Positions 1-9,709 of a DNA stretch of 64,000 nt are shown in pieces. The stretch is from an uncultured delta proteobacterium (GTDB lineage: Bacteria; Desulfobacterota; Binatia; HRBIN30; BPIQ01): contig CAVXGR010000015.1 in NCBI GenBank assembly GCA_963761335.1, positions 352,001-416,000 on the forward strand, written 5' to 3'. The notes beneath the pieces were generated by a model. The model saw only the letters and a list, made by a program, of their open reading frames with translations. It made no database searches and had not been told where the DNA came from. Each line of letters begins with the position of its first letter. The first letter of the stretch is position 1. Position numbers and translations under genes: made by a program.

Positions 1-657
1 GGCGCCCATGGCGCACCTCTGATTCCAAAGGGCGCCACCGTGCTGACCCACTGCAACGCAGGTGCTCTGGCGACCGCCGGTTACGGCACGGCGCTGGGCA
101 TCATCCGCGCCGCCCATGCGCGCCGCGGCGGTGTCAGCGTGGTCGCCACCGAGACCCGTCCCTTCCTGCAGGGAGCGCGGCTCACCTCCTGGGAGCTGAA
201 GAAGGATCGCATTCCGGTGACCTTGATCACCGACGGCATGGCCGGCCTGCTGATGCAGCAGGGCAAGATCGACTGTGTCGTCGTCGGCACCGACCGCACC
301 GCAGCCAACGGCGACGTCGCCAACAAGATCGGCACCTACACCCTGGCGGTGCTGGCGCATCGCCACAAGATTCCCTTCTACGTCGCCGCGCCGACCTCCT
401 CGATCGACCTGCGCTGCAAGTCCGGTCGCGACATCCCCATCGAGGAGCGCTCCCCCCGCGAGGTGACCCACATCGGCGAACGGCAGCTGGCACCCACTGG
501 CGTCCGCGTCTTCAACCCGGCGTTCGACGTCACCCCCCACGAGCTGGTGACCGCGATCGTCACCGAGAGCGGCGTGGCGAAGCCTCCCTATCGCAGCTCG
601 CTGGCGCGCCTGGTGCGCGCCTCCGCCGCTGCCCCCAAGGCCCGCGCCTCGGTCTGA
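1..657 (+). CDS. mtnA: S-methyl-5-thioribose-1-phosphate isomerase, 5'-truncated by window edge
   Basis: Motifs [41 protein letters not shown]; frame open to position 1. Confidence 0.95.
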   Translation, partial: GAHGAPLIPKGATVLTHCNAGALATAGYGTALGIIRAAHARRGGVSVVATETRPFLQGARLTSWELKKDRIPVTLITDGMAGLLMQQGKIDCVVVGTDRTAANGDVANKIGTYTLAVLAHRHKIPFYVAAPTSSIDLRCKSGRDIPIEERSPREVTHIGERQLAPTGVRVFNPAFDVTPHELVTAIVTESGVAKPPYRSSLARLVRASAAAPKARASV

Positions 658-665
658 GGCGGCGC

Positions 666-1568
666 TCAGGCGAAGAATTTCTCGGCGCTCGCCGAGGCCA
701 CCTCGATGCGCTTGACCTCTTCGTTGCGAAAGACGCTGAACACCATCTGATCGCCGGGGCGGTGCGTCCACAGGCAGGAGTAGAGCTGGCCGCGAGCGGT
801 CACCTGCTCGCCGTTGACGGCGAGGATGACGTCGCCCGGCCTCAGACCCGCGGTGTCGGCGGGTGCACCCGGGAAGACGCCGGCGATGACCACGTGGTCC
901 TGTTGGGCGTAGCAGTAGAAGCCGATCCAGGCGCGCGACGGGGATTGCGCCCGGCGGCCGAAGCGCAGCAGCTCCTCGCGGTGGTCGAGAAACTCCTCCG
1001 CGGGAATGGCGAGCGTGAAGCGGCCGATCTCGCCGAGGTCGAGGGCGACGATGCCGATCATGTTGCCGTGGCTGTCGAACAGCGGCGCGCCGCCGACGCC
1101 CGGGTTGACCGCCGTGGTGATGATGGCCCGCTCGAGGCGATACTCCCAGTAGGCGTCGAAGGGGCTGAGCGAGGTGATGGCGCCGTTGTTTCCACGGCGC
1201 TCGGCGCCGCCGACGCTGGCGATGATGAAGACCTCGTCGCCGACCTTCGCCTCTGCGGAGCTGTGCGGTGTCACCGTCGGGCAGAGCGTCTGGCAATCGA
1301 TCTTGACCAGGGCGAGGCCGCTGGTGAACTCCTTGGCGACCACCTGACCGGTGTAGATCTCGCCGTCCAGGGTGGTGACCTCGACATGCTCGGCGCCGAG
1401 GAGAACGTAGTTGACCGTGAGAATCAGGCCGTCGGGATCGACGATGGTGCCCGTGCCGCGGCGCTCGGTGCCGAGAATCGCGGCCGACGGATGGCTCTCC
1501 GGAATCTCCGCCATCAGCCCCACGGTGGCGGGAGCGACACGGCCGATCAGGTGGACCGAGGCGTTCAC
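666..1568 (-). CDS. S1C/HtrA-like trypsin-fold protein with C-terminal PDZ; catalytic triad appears absent
   Basis: GTGTIVDPDGLILT, AVNPGVGGAPLFD, PDZ-like PGAPADTAGLRPGDVILAVNG; start taken at GTG 1568 (the track start overlaps pabB). Confidence 0.8.
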   Translation of the reverse strand: MNASVHLIGRVAPATVGLMAEIPESHPSAAILGTERRGTGTIVDPDGLILTVNYVLLGAEHVEVTTLDGEIYTGQVVAKEFTSGLALVKIDCQTLCPTVTPHSSAEAKVGDEVFIIASVGGAERRGNNGAITSLSPFDAYWEYRLERAIITTAVNPGVGGAPLFDSHGNMIGIVALDLGEIGRFTLAIPAEEFLDHREELLRFGRRAQSPSRAWIGFYCYAQQDHVVIAGVFPGAPADTAGLRPGDVILAVNGEQVTARGQLYSCLWTHRPGDQMVFSVFRNEEVKRIEVASASAEKFFA

Positions 1569-1638
1569 GAAAGCTCTCTCATTGCACGGCTGAAGGCCGC
1601 TCGCTAAGACTCGCAGAGCTGTCAAAAGCAGGAAAGCC

Positions 1639-3076
1639 ATGGCGACGCAAGGCGTCCATCTCGCGCTCACCCCGATCGAGCTCCTCCAGCGGCTGCCGCG
1701 CGCTGCGGGCACCTTTCTGCTCGATGGCGGCACGGAACGGTCGTGGGGTTGCGGCTGCGCCGTGCTCGGATGCGAGCCGTCGGCGCTCGCCGTCGTCGAC
1801 GCCGGCGGCGGCTCGTGGTGGATCACGGCGCAGGGGCGCGAGCGCCGCAATGAGTCTCCCCTGGATCTGCTGCAGCGCCTCGTCGACGAGGCCGGCGATG
1901 ACGGCGGCGGTGACGACGACGGCCTGCCGGCGGGCGGTGTCGCCTGCGCCCTCGGCTACGACCTGGCGCCCTGGCTGGAGAAGCTGCCGGCCCCGCCGGA
2001 CTCCGACGTCGATCTGCCGTTGCTCTTTGCCGCGGCGCACCCGTGGACTCTCGTCTACTCGTATGCGGATCGCAGCTACACGCTGCGCTCGCGGCGGCTG
2101 TCGGCCGGGCAGCTCGCCGCGGTGGCGGGACGCCTGCAGGCCTGGGCCCGCTGCGCCGCTGCGGTTGCGTCCCCAGCGGCGCGACCCGGCGCCGTGACCT
2201 CCAATGTGAGCCGCAGCGTCTATCTGGCGGCGGTGCGCCGCGCTCTCGAGTACATCGCCGCCGGCGACGTCTACCAGGTAAACCTGGCGCAGCGCTTTGC
2301 GGTACGCATGGAGATGGCGCCGGCGGCGCTCTTCGGCGCGCTGGCTTCTGGCGCATCCGGCGCCGTACTCCGCCTACCTCGACGGTGGGGAGTTTGCGCT
2401 GGTGTCGAACTCCCCGGAGTGCTTCCTCGAACGCGACGGCGATCGGGTCGCCACCTTCCCGATCAAGGGGACGCGGCGGCGAGGCGCCAGCGCCGCCGAC
2501 GATCGGCGCCTTCTCGACGAGCTGCGCGCCAGCGAGAAGGAGCGCGCCGAGCACCTGATGATCGTCGACCTGGAGCGCAACGATCTCGGACGCGTCTGTC
2601 GATTCGGATCTGTTCGCGTTCCCGAGCTGGCGCGCCCCAGCAGCTTGCCGAGTCTGCATCACCTCGAATCGGTGGTGGAGGGCCGGCTCCGGCCGCGGGT
2701 GTCCACTGCCGATCTGCTGCGGGCCACCTTCCCCGGAGGCTCGATCAGCGGCGCCCCGAAGATCCGCGCCATGGAGATCATCGCCGAGCTGGAGAGCGCG
2801 CCGCGGCGATTCTACACCGGCGCCATCGGCTTCATCGACGGCGCCCGTTGGGCCCGCCTCAACATCGCCATCCGCACCGCCGTCGTCGCCGGACCGCGCC
2901 TGCTTTACCACAGCGGCGGCGGCATCGTCGCCGACTCCGTGCCGGAACGGGAATACGAGGAGACTATGCTGAAGGCGCAGAGCTTCTTTGCGGCGATCGG
3001 CGCCGATGCGCCGGCTGCCGAGAATGCCGGCCCGGCGCCGAGCGCGCCGACGCCGAGCCGCACGGTGGCCGCATGA
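1639..3076 (+). CDS. pabB: Aminodeoxychorismate/anthranilate synthase component I family, one frameshift near 2345-2351
   Basis: N-part (YIAAGDVYQVNLAQRF) in ORF 1639 frame; C-part (PAPYSAYLD, SPECFL, PIKGTRRRG, EHLMIVDLERNDLGRV, FPGGSISGAPK) in ORF 2297 frame. Confidence 0.85.
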
Positions 3077-3939
3077 CCGCGCTGCGCGGTGCCGTCCATC
3101 TCAACGGCCGCCTGGTCAGCGCCGCGCGGGCGCGCGTCAGCGTCTTCGATCGCGGCTTTCTCTACGGAGACGGCCTCTTCGAGACGGTGCGCACCTATGG
3201 CGGTGTGCCCTTCGCTCTCGCCGAGCACCTCGAGCGGTTGCAGGCCTCGTGTGCGTTTCTCGGCATCCCCTTTCCGCAGGTGCCGTGGGAGCGGCGTATC
3301 GGCGAGCTGCTGCGACGCAACCGCCTGCGGCGCGCCGACGCCTGGGCGCGGCTGACGCTGACCCGTGGCGTGGCGCCCGCGGGTCTGGCGCCGCCGCCGC
3401 GGGTGACGCCGACCGTGTTGATCATCGCCGGCCGCGTCGATGCCGGCGTCGAACGGCTGCAGCGCCGCGGCGCGCCGGTCGTGCTGCTGCCCTTCGGGCG
3501 CAGCGGCTTCATGGCCGAGCACAAGACGCTCGACTACGTCGCCGGCGCCCTCGGCAAGACCCTGGCCTCGCACCACCGCGCCTTCGAGGGACTCTACGTC
3601 GGTGCCGACGGCCTGGTGACGGAGGGAACCACCAGCAATGTCTTTGCGGTCCGTCGCGGCCGGCTGATGACGCCGCCGCTGGGCGGGATTCTCCCCGGAG
3701 TGATGCGCCGTCATGTCATCGCCCTGGCGCGCCAGAACGGCACGGAGGTGGTCGAGGCGCCGCTTTCCGCCGGGGCCCTCGCCGAAGCCGACGAGGTCTT
3801 CCTCACCTCGTCAGTGGTCGAGATCGTGCCGGTCGTCCGGGTGGACGAGTGGCCGATCGGCACCGGCCGGCCCGGCCCGCTCACCCGGGCCCTGCAGCGG
3901 CGCCTGCGCCGGCTGGTCGTCTCCCTGCCTGGCAAATGA
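3073..3939 (+). CDS. Class IV aminotransferase (ADC lyase / branched-chain / D-amino-acid aminotransferase family)
   Basis: DRGFLYGDGLFET, EGTTSNVF, ILPGVMR, ADEVFLTSS; ATG overlaps pabB stop (ATGA). Confidence 0.9.
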   Translation: MTALRGAVHLNGRLVSAARARVSVFDRGFLYGDGLFETVRTYGGVPFALAEHLERLQASCAFLGIPFPQVPWERRIGELLRRNRLRRADAWARLTLTRGVAPAGLAPPPRVTPTVLIIAGRVDAGVERLQRRGAPVVLLPFGRSGFMAEHKTLDYVAGALGKTLASHHRAFEGLYVGADGLVTEGTTSNVFAVRRGRLMTPPLGGILPGVMRRHVIALARQNGTEVVEAPLSAGALAEADEVFLTSSVVEIVPVVRVDEWPIGTGRPGPLTRALQRRLRRLVVSLPGK

Positions 3940-4091
3940 TCATTTTTGACGGTTCGGCTGGCGCGGTGTGAACACTTCCCAAGCGGTTTGGCAGTGCTAG
4001 GCAGCGGGTTCATCCCCCCGGGGGGCCATGGCAGCATTATTGCTTTGTTGGAGCATCGAGCGTTCCAGAGGCGCTCGAGGGAGGGTGTGAC

Positions 4092-4490
4092 ATGCTGCGC
4101 CAAAACAAAGAACCGATACACGTTGAGCAGTTCCTCCACGACCTCTTCGGGCCGGACCTGGTCCTTCCGGAGCAGTTCTACGGTGTGAGGGGGGAGGGCT
4201 GTCCTCTGCGGGGTGAGCGGGCGTTGATGTGGGCGGTTCTGACCGACGGCATCGAGACCTTCTGGCGCACCTCACAGAGCCACGCCGAGCGCGACGTCGA
4301 GGAGTTCGAGGAGACGCGTGTCTGGGTCCAGGCAACCGACTGGGACTCGATCTTCTCCTTTGTGAACCTCTGCGAGCTCTTCGGCATGGACCCGACATCG
4401 GTGCGCAGCGCCCTGCTCGATTCGGTGCGCAGCCGCGAGGCCGCCGGCCGTCGCCAGCGCTTCCGCCCGGTCACCCTGCGCGCCGCGTAA
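4092..4490 (+). CDS. Hypothetical protein (LPEQF...FSFVNLCELFG type)
   Basis: GAGG-type RBS upstream, GC3-rich codon usage, globular composition. Confidence 0.7.
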   Translation: MLRQNKEPIHVEQFLHDLFGPDLVLPEQFYGVRGEGCPLRGERALMWAVLTDGIETFWRTSQSHAERDVEEFEETRVWVQATDWDSIFSFVNLCELFGMDPTSVRSALLDSVRSREAAGRRQRFRPVTLRAA

Positions 4491-4576
4491 GGCCCTGGGG
4501 GCGCGGCCATCCTGGCCGCCACCCCGAGGCAATAGGGACAGGGCAACCGGCGGGCATTCGGCGGCTTCCCCTCTGT

Positions 4577-4638
4577 CATTCCCGGTTCTCATCCCCGGTT
4601 CTCATCGGGATGAGAACCGGGGATGAGAACCGGGAATG
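4577..4638. repeat. Perfect 62-bp palindrome of tandem CATYCCCGGTTCT units (repeat family A, collapsed copy)
   Basis: 30-bp arms, 2-bp loop; same units at 9431, 52254 and 58440. Confidence 0.9.
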
Positions 4639-4676
4639 TGGGGGCCGGAGGGGGAGATCCCTGCCCCACACCCCGG

Positions 4677-4705
4677 TTGACAACCCCTCCTGGCTTCTAT
4701 AATTT
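4677..4705 (+). promoter_or_regulatory. Sigma70-type promoter of ffh operon
   Basis: TTGACA 4677-4682; TATAAT 4698-4703 (15-bp spacer) or TAATTT 4700-4705 (17-bp spacer). Confidence 0.7.
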
Positions 4706-4761
4706 TCGCTGTTCTTAGGAGCATGTTTCCGGCCGGGGGCCGGCGCCTTCCCTTCTTTCTC

Positions 4762-6093
4762 ATGTTCGACAATCTCACCGACAAGCTCGACCAGACCCTG
4801 CGCAAGCTTCGCGGCCTCGGCAGGATCACCGAGAGCAACATCGAGGACGCGGTGCGCGAGGTGCGCCTGGCGTTGCTGGAGGCGGACGTCCATTTCCAGG
4901 TGGTCAAGGAGTTCGTCGAGCGGGTTCGCCAGGCGGCGCTCGGGCAGGAAGTGCTGCGCAGTCTCACCCCGGAGCAGCATTTCATCAAGATCGTCAACGC
5001 CGAGCTGCGCCACATCATGGGGGATCAGGCCGTCGAGATGGATCTCGCCGCCGCTCCTCCCGTGGTCATCATGCTGGTCGGCTTGCAGGGCTCCGGTAAG
5101 ACGACCACGGTCGCCAAGCTCGCCCGCTACCTGCGGGACGAGAAGAAGCGCAGCCCCTATCTGGTCCCCGCCGACGTCTACCGCCCGGCCGCCATCGAGC
5201 AGCTGATCACCCTTGGCGCGCAGATCGGAGTTCCGGTGCACCCTTCGGAGCCGGGTGCCGATCCCGTCGAGCTCTGTCGCGCCGGCGCGGCGGCGGCGAA
5301 GGACCGGGCGCACGACGTGTGCATCCTCGACACCGCCGGCCGGCTCCATATCGACGACCAGCTGATGGGCGAGCTGGAGCGGATCAAGGGCGCGGTGACG
5401 CCGCATCAGATCCTGCTGGTGGTCGACTCCATGGTCGGCCAGGACGCGGTGAACGTCGCCAACGGCTTTCACCAGCGCCTCGGCATCGACGGTGTCGTCC
5501 TCACCAAGCTCGACGGCGATGCCCGCGGCGGTGCGGCGCTGTCGGTGCGCGCCGCCACCGGACGGCCGATCCTGTTCAGCGGCACCGGCGAGAAGGTGGA
5601 CGCCATCGAGGTCTTCCACCCCGATCGCATGGCGACGCGCATCCTCGGCATGGGCGACGTCATGACCCTGATCGAGCGCGCCGAGCGCGCCTACGATCAG
5701 GATCAGGCGGCGCAGCTCGAGCGCAAGCTGCGCCGCAACGAGTTCACCCTCGAGGATTTCCGCGATCAGCTGCGCGCCGTGCGCAAGATGGGCTCGATGG
5801 GCGATCTGCTCGGCATGATCCCGGGGATGAAGAAGCTCACCGGCGGCGTCGACGTCGGCAAGGCGGAGAAGGAGCTGCGCCGCATCGAGGCCATCATCAG
5901 CTCGATGACCAAGGAAGAGCGCCGCAATCACAACATCCTCAACGGCAGCCGCCGCAAGCGCATCGCCGCCGGCAGCGGCACTTCGGTCACCGACGTCAAC
6001 CGTTTCCTCAAGCAGTATCTGGAAACCAAGAAGATCATGAAACGGATGAGCAAGCTTGCCGGGCGGGGTATCCCCCAGGGCCTTCCGTTCTGA
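4762..6093 (+). CDS. ffh: Signal recognition particle protein
   Basis: MFDNLTDKL start, GLQGSGKTT, DTAGR, TKLDGDARGG, Met-rich M domain. Confidence 0.98.
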   Translation: MFDNLTDKLDQTLRKLRGLGRITESNIEDAVREVRLALLEADVHFQVVKEFVERVRQAALGQEVLRSLTPEQHFIKIVNAELRHIMGDQAVEMDLAAAPPVVIMLVGLQGSGKTTTVAKLARYLRDEKKRSPYLVPADVYRPAAIEQLITLGAQIGVPVHPSEPGADPVELCRAGAAAAKDRAHDVCILDTAGRLHIDDQLMGELERIKGAVTPHQILLVVDSMVGQDAVNVANGFHQRLGIDGVVLTKLDGDARGGAALSVRAATGRPILFSGTGEKVDAIEVFHPDRMATRILGMGDVMTLIERAERAYDQDQAAQLERKLRRNEFTLEDFRDQLRAVRKMGSMGDLLGMIPGMKKLTGGVDVGKAEKELRRIEAIISSMTKEERRNHNILNGSRRKRIAAGSGTSVTDVNRFLKQYLETKKIMKRMSKLAGRGIPQGLPF

Positions 6094-6126
6094 TTTACTG
6101 GACCTAGCACAAGGAGAGGGATTCCG

Positions 6127-6402
6127 ATGGCAACCTCAATTCGGCTCGCCCGTCACGGCGCCAAGAAGCACCCCGTCTATCGCATCATCGTCACCGACTC
6201 GCGCTCCCCGCGAGACGGCCGGCGGCTCGATCAGGTCGGCTTCTACGACCCGAATCAGGAGCCGGTGCACGTGCAGTTTCAGGAGGACAAGCTCGCCCTC
6301 TGGCTGCAGCGCGGCGCCCGCCCCTCGCAGACCGTCGCCCAGCTGATCAAGCGCAGCGGCCTGCCTCGGCCGGCGGCGGAGACCACGGAGGCTCCGTCAT
6401 GA
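6127..6402 (+). CDS. rpsP: 30S ribosomal protein S16
   Basis: IRLARHGAKKHPVYRIIVTDSRSPRDGR; synteny. Confidence 0.98.
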   Translation: MATSIRLARHGAKKHPVYRIIVTDSRSPRDGRRLDQVGFYDPNQEPVHVQFQEDKLALWLQRGARPSQTVAQLIKRSGLPRPAAETTEAPS

Positions 6403-6641
6403 AGGAGCTCCTCGAGTTCCTCGCCAGGTCGCTGGTGAACCACCCGGATTCGGTGGAGGTCGTCGAGACGCAGGGCGACACCGCCTCCGTGCTGGAGCTC
6501 AAGGTGGCAAAAGAGGATCTCGGGCGCATCATCGGCAAGCAGGGTCGCACGGCCAAGTCCATCCGCACGATCCTGAATGCGGCGGCCTCGCGCACCAACC
6601 GCAAGGTGGTGCTCGACATCGTCGAAGAGAAAGAGAAGTAG
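6399..6641 (+). CDS. khpA: KH-domain RNA-binding protein
   Basis: DLGRIIGKQGRTAKSIRT; between rpsP and rimM. Confidence 0.93.
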   Translation: MKELLEFLARSLVNHPDSVEVVETQGDTASVLELKVAKEDLGRIIGKQGRTAKSIRTILNAAASRTNRKVVLDIVEEKEK

Positions 6642-6710
6642 ACGACGCGCGGCGGCCACGCACCGCCGCCCGGCAGCGCCGAGCGGCCCAGTGACCAAGC
6701 CCCCGCCCTG

Positions 6711-7214
6711 TTGACGCTCGGCACTCTGGTCAACACCCATGGCGTGCGCGGCGAGCTCCGCCTGCGGCCGCACAATCCGGATACGGCAGCGGTATCCCCT
6801 GGGGCACCGCTCTTCCTGCGCCGGGACGGCAAGACCCGCGAGGTGTGCGTGCTCGGCGTCCGCCCCCACAAGAACTATCTCCTGCTCACCATCGAGGGCG
6901 TCGATTCCATGACCGCAGCGGAGGCTCTCGTGGGCGGCGAGCTGCTGATTGCCGCCGACCTCCTGCCGGCTCTGGAGGAAGGGGAGGTCTATCACTATCA
7001 GCTGGTCGGCTGCCGGGTGGTGACCACTGCGGGCGAGGAGATCGGCGAGGTGACCGAGATCTTCACCACCGCCGCCAACGACGTCTGCGTCGTGCGCCGG
7101 TCACAGGGGCAGGAGGTGATGATCCCGCTGATCGCGGAGGTCGTGCGCGAGATCGACACCGCCGCCGGCCGCCTGGTGATCGAACCCCTGCCCGGGCTCC
7201 TCGATCCGCCCTGA
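6711..7214 (+). CDS. rimM: 16S rRNA processing protein RimM (start uncertain)
   Basis: [20 protein letters not shown]; synteny. Confidence 0.93.
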   Translation: MTLGTLVNTHGVRGELRLRPHNPDTAAVSPGAPLFLRRDGKTREVCVLGVRPHKNYLLLTIEGVDSMTAAEALVGGELLIAADLLPALEEGEVYHYQLVGCRVVTTAGEEIGEVTEIFTTAANDVCVVRRSQGQEVMIPLIAEVVREIDTAAGRLVIEPLPGLLDPP

Positions 7215-7221
7215 AGGGCCG

Positions 7222-7950
7222 ATGCGCTTCGACCTGATCACGCTCTTTCCCGAGTTCTTCGAGTCGCCGCTCAACGCCACCATGCTGCGCAAGGGGCAGG
7301 AGCGCGGCGCCCTGCAGTTCCGCCTCTTCGACGTCCGCACCTACGCCGCCGGAAGGCATCGGGTCACCGACGACGCCCCGTACGGCGGCGGCGCCGGCAT
7401 GGTGATGAAGGTCGAGCCGCTGGTCGGCGCCATCGAGGCGGCGATGGCGACCACGCCGCCGCCCTATCGCATTCTCCTCTCCCCCCAGGGAGAGCGCCTC
7501 GATCCGGAGCGGGCACGCCAGCTGGCGCAGCGGCCGGCGCTGGCCCTGATCGCCGGCCGCTACGAGGGCATCGACGAACGGGTGCGCGACTTCGTCGATG
7601 CGGAGATCTCGATCGGCGACTACGTGCTCTCCGGCGGCGAGGTCGCGGCACTGGTGGTGCTCGACGCCGTCAGCCGCTTCGTCCCCGGAGTGCTCGGCAA
7701 CCAGGAGTCGGCGGCCGCCGAGTCGTTCGCCGACGGCCTGCTGGAGTATCCGCAGTACACCCGGCCGCCGGAGTTCCGCGGCATGCCGGTGCCGGAGATC
7801 CTCCTCGGCGGCGACCACGGCGCCGTGGCCCGCTGGCGGCGCCAGCAGTCGCTGCGGCGCACCGCCGAGCGGCGTCCCGATCTGCTCGAGCAGGCGCCTC
7901 TCACCGCCGAGGACCGCGACTTTCTCCGGCGGCGGCGCTCGCATGAGTGA
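7222..7950 (+). CDS. trmD: tRNA (guanine-N1)-methyltransferase
   Basis: [42 protein letters not shown]. Confidence 0.98.
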   Translation: MRFDLITLFPEFFESPLNATMLRKGQERGALQFRLFDVRTYAAGRHRVTDDAPYGGGAGMVMKVEPLVGAIEAAMATTPPPYRILLSPQGERLDPERARQLAQRPALALIAGRYEGIDERVRDFVDAEISIGDYVLSGGEVAALVVLDAVSRFVPGVLGNQESAAAESFADGLLEYPQYTRPPEFRGMPVPEILLGGDHGAVARWRRQQSLRRTAERRPDLLEQAPLTAEDRDFLRRRRSHE

Positions 7951-8503
7951 CCTCTACCTGGCGCTGCTGCACCATCCCGTTCTCGACAAGAACGGCGAGA
8001 TCGTCACCACGGCGCTCACCAACATGGACATCCACGACATCGCGCGCTCGGCCCGCACCTTCGGCGCGCGCCGCTTCTACGTGGTGACCCCGGTGCGCGC
8101 CCTGCAGCTGCTGGCGCTGAAGATCATGGAGCACTGGTCGGTCGGATACGGCAGCACCTACAATCTCACCCGCAAGGACGCTCTCCAGCTGGTGGCGCTG
8201 GAGTCGGACCTCGACCGCACCCTGGTGGGTCTCGAGCGCGACACCGGCGAGCGACCCCTGCTGGTGGTCACCTCGGCCCGCGCCGGGAAGGGCCGGACGT
8301 CGTTCGCGGAGCTGCGGCGGATCCTCGAAACGCCGGGGCCTCCCGTCCTTCTGGTCTTCGGCACCGGCTGGGGGTTGGCCCCCGAAGTCATGGAGCGCGC
8401 CGACCGCATCCTCGAGCCGATCTCCGGCGTCGGCGACTACAACCACCTGTCGGTCCGCTCGGCGGCGGCCATCATCCTTGACCGGCTGCGGCAGCCGCGA
8501 TAA
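7943..8503 (+). CDS. SPOUT-type RNA methyltransferase (TrmD-associated family)
   Basis: [47 protein letters not shown] 7943. Confidence 0.88.
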   Translation: MSDLYLALLHHPVLDKNGEIVTTALTNMDIHDIARSARTFGARRFYVVTPVRALQLLALKIMEHWSVGYGSTYNLTRKDALQLVALESDLDRTLVGLERDTGERPLLVVTSARAGKGRTSFAELRRILETPGPPVLLVFGTGWGLAPEVMERADRILEPISGVGDYNHLSVRSAAAIILDRLRQPR

Positions 8504-8542
8504 TAGTTGCGATTCCCGGAATCCCGGACAGCGAGGCTACCC

Positions 8543-8893
8543 ATGAACGTCATCGAGCGGATCGAGCAGGAACAGCTCCGGAGTGATGTGCCCGACTTCA
8601 AGGCCGGCGACACCGTGCGTGTCCACGTGAAGGTGGTCGAGGGAGAGAAGGAGCGCATTCAGGTGTTCGAGGGCGCCGTGATCCGCCGCAGCCGCGGCGC
8701 CAACCGGGCGACGTTCACGGTGCGCAAGGTCTCCTACGGGGTCGGCGTCGAGCGCACCTTTCCGGTGCACTCGCCGCGCATCGACAAGGTCGAGGTGGTC
8801 AGCCGGGGTATCGTCCGCCGTGCCCGCCTCTACTACCTGCGCGAGCGCACCGGCAAGGCGGCGCGCATCCCCACCCGCGAAGTCGGCCGCTGA
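8543..8893 (+). CDS. rplS: 50S ribosomal protein L19
   Basis: [35 protein letters not shown]. Confidence 0.98.
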   Translation: MNVIERIEQEQLRSDVPDFKAGDTVRVHVKVVEGEKERIQVFEGAVIRRSRGANRATFTVRKVSYGVGVERTFPVHSPRIDKVEVVSRGIVRRARLYYLRERTGKAARIPTREVGR

Positions 8894-8914
8894 GCCGGCG
8901 GCGGTCCGCCGGCG

Positions 8915-9394
8915 ATGCCGATCGACAAGGCCGCATTTCGCCACGCGCTCGGGCACTTCGCGGCGGGGGTGACGGTGGTCACCACCCGCGGTGCCGACGG
9001 CCAGCCGTACGGCTTGACCGCCACCGCTTTCTCCTCGCTGTCCCTGGTGCCGCCGCTGGTCCTGGTGTGTATCGACAAGAAGTCGGAGAGCTTCCCGCAC
9101 TTCGAAGAGTCGGACTGCTTCGCGGTGAACTTCCTGGCCCTCGGCTCGCGCGACGTGTCGCAGCGCTTCGCGACCTCGGGAGGCGACAAGTTCAGCGGCA
9201 TTGCCCATCGCACCGCCGCTACCGGCGCCCCGGTGCTGGAGGAGGCACTGGCATTCGTCGACTGCCGGACGGTGCAGCGCCATCAGGGCGGCGACCATGT
9301 CATCTACGTCGGTGAGGTCGAGGCCACCGAGGTCACCGGCGCCGAGCCGCTTCTGCACTTCTGCGGCGCCTATCGCAAGCTGGCGGAAGACTGA
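8915..9394 (+). CDS. Flavin reductase-like protein
   Basis: FRHALGHFAAGVTVVTT, SLSLVPPLVLVC, GGDHVIYVGEV. Confidence 0.92.
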   Translation: MPIDKAAFRHALGHFAAGVTVVTTRGADGQPYGLTATAFSSLSLVPPLVLVCIDKKSESFPHFEESDCFAVNFLALGSRDVSQRFATSGGDKFSGIAHRTAATGAPVLEEALAFVDCRTVQRHQGGDHVIYVGEVEATEVTGAEPLLHFCGAYRKLAED

Positions 9395-9430
9395 TCGGGA
9401 CAGCGCCGCCGAGCCTGCCAAGGACTTGGG

Positions 9431-9522
9431 TCTCATTCTCATTCCCGGTTCTCATCCCGTCGTCTTCCATCCGCTCTGACGGCCGCGAGTACCAACGCCA
9501 GGCTCGCGGGGCGAACGATGGT
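9431..9522. repeat. Repeat family A copy with degenerate right arm
   Basis: CATTCCCGGTTCTCATCCCGTCGTCTTCCATCCGCTCTGAC matches the 52254 and 58440 copies. Confidence 0.8.
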
Positions 9523-9536
9523 AGCCGGGGGCTGAC

Positions 9537-9652
9537 GAGGCTGTCTCAAGTGTAGAAGCGCCGTCCCGGCGCTTTCCGAAGCGGCGAGACGCCGCTTCTA
9601 CCTGGCCCGCGAGCCGGCGAAAGTCGTCTTGCCTGAGTTTTGAGACAGCCTC
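9537..9652. mobile_element. 116-bp MITE-like element with 13-bp TIR enclosing a GTAG-REP doublet
   Basis: GAGGCTGTCTCAA ... TTGAGACAGCCTC perfect inverted repeat. Confidence 0.65.
9552..9601. repeat. GTAG-type REP doublet (50 bp)
   Basis: GTAGAAGCGCCGTCCCGGCGCTTTCCGAAGCGGCGAGACGCCGCTTCTAC, identical at 50984. Confidence 0.88.
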
Positions 9653-9709
9653 TGAAACCCCGGCTACCGTCCGGGTGACCGGGAATGGAGAGGGCTCTTC
9701 GCCTTCTGC

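Noticed and set aside
1639..3939. 766-aa PabB-aminotransferase fusion ORF
   Set aside because: The middle third is out-of-frame read-through caused by the pabB frameshift; the real genes are separate with an ATGA overlap
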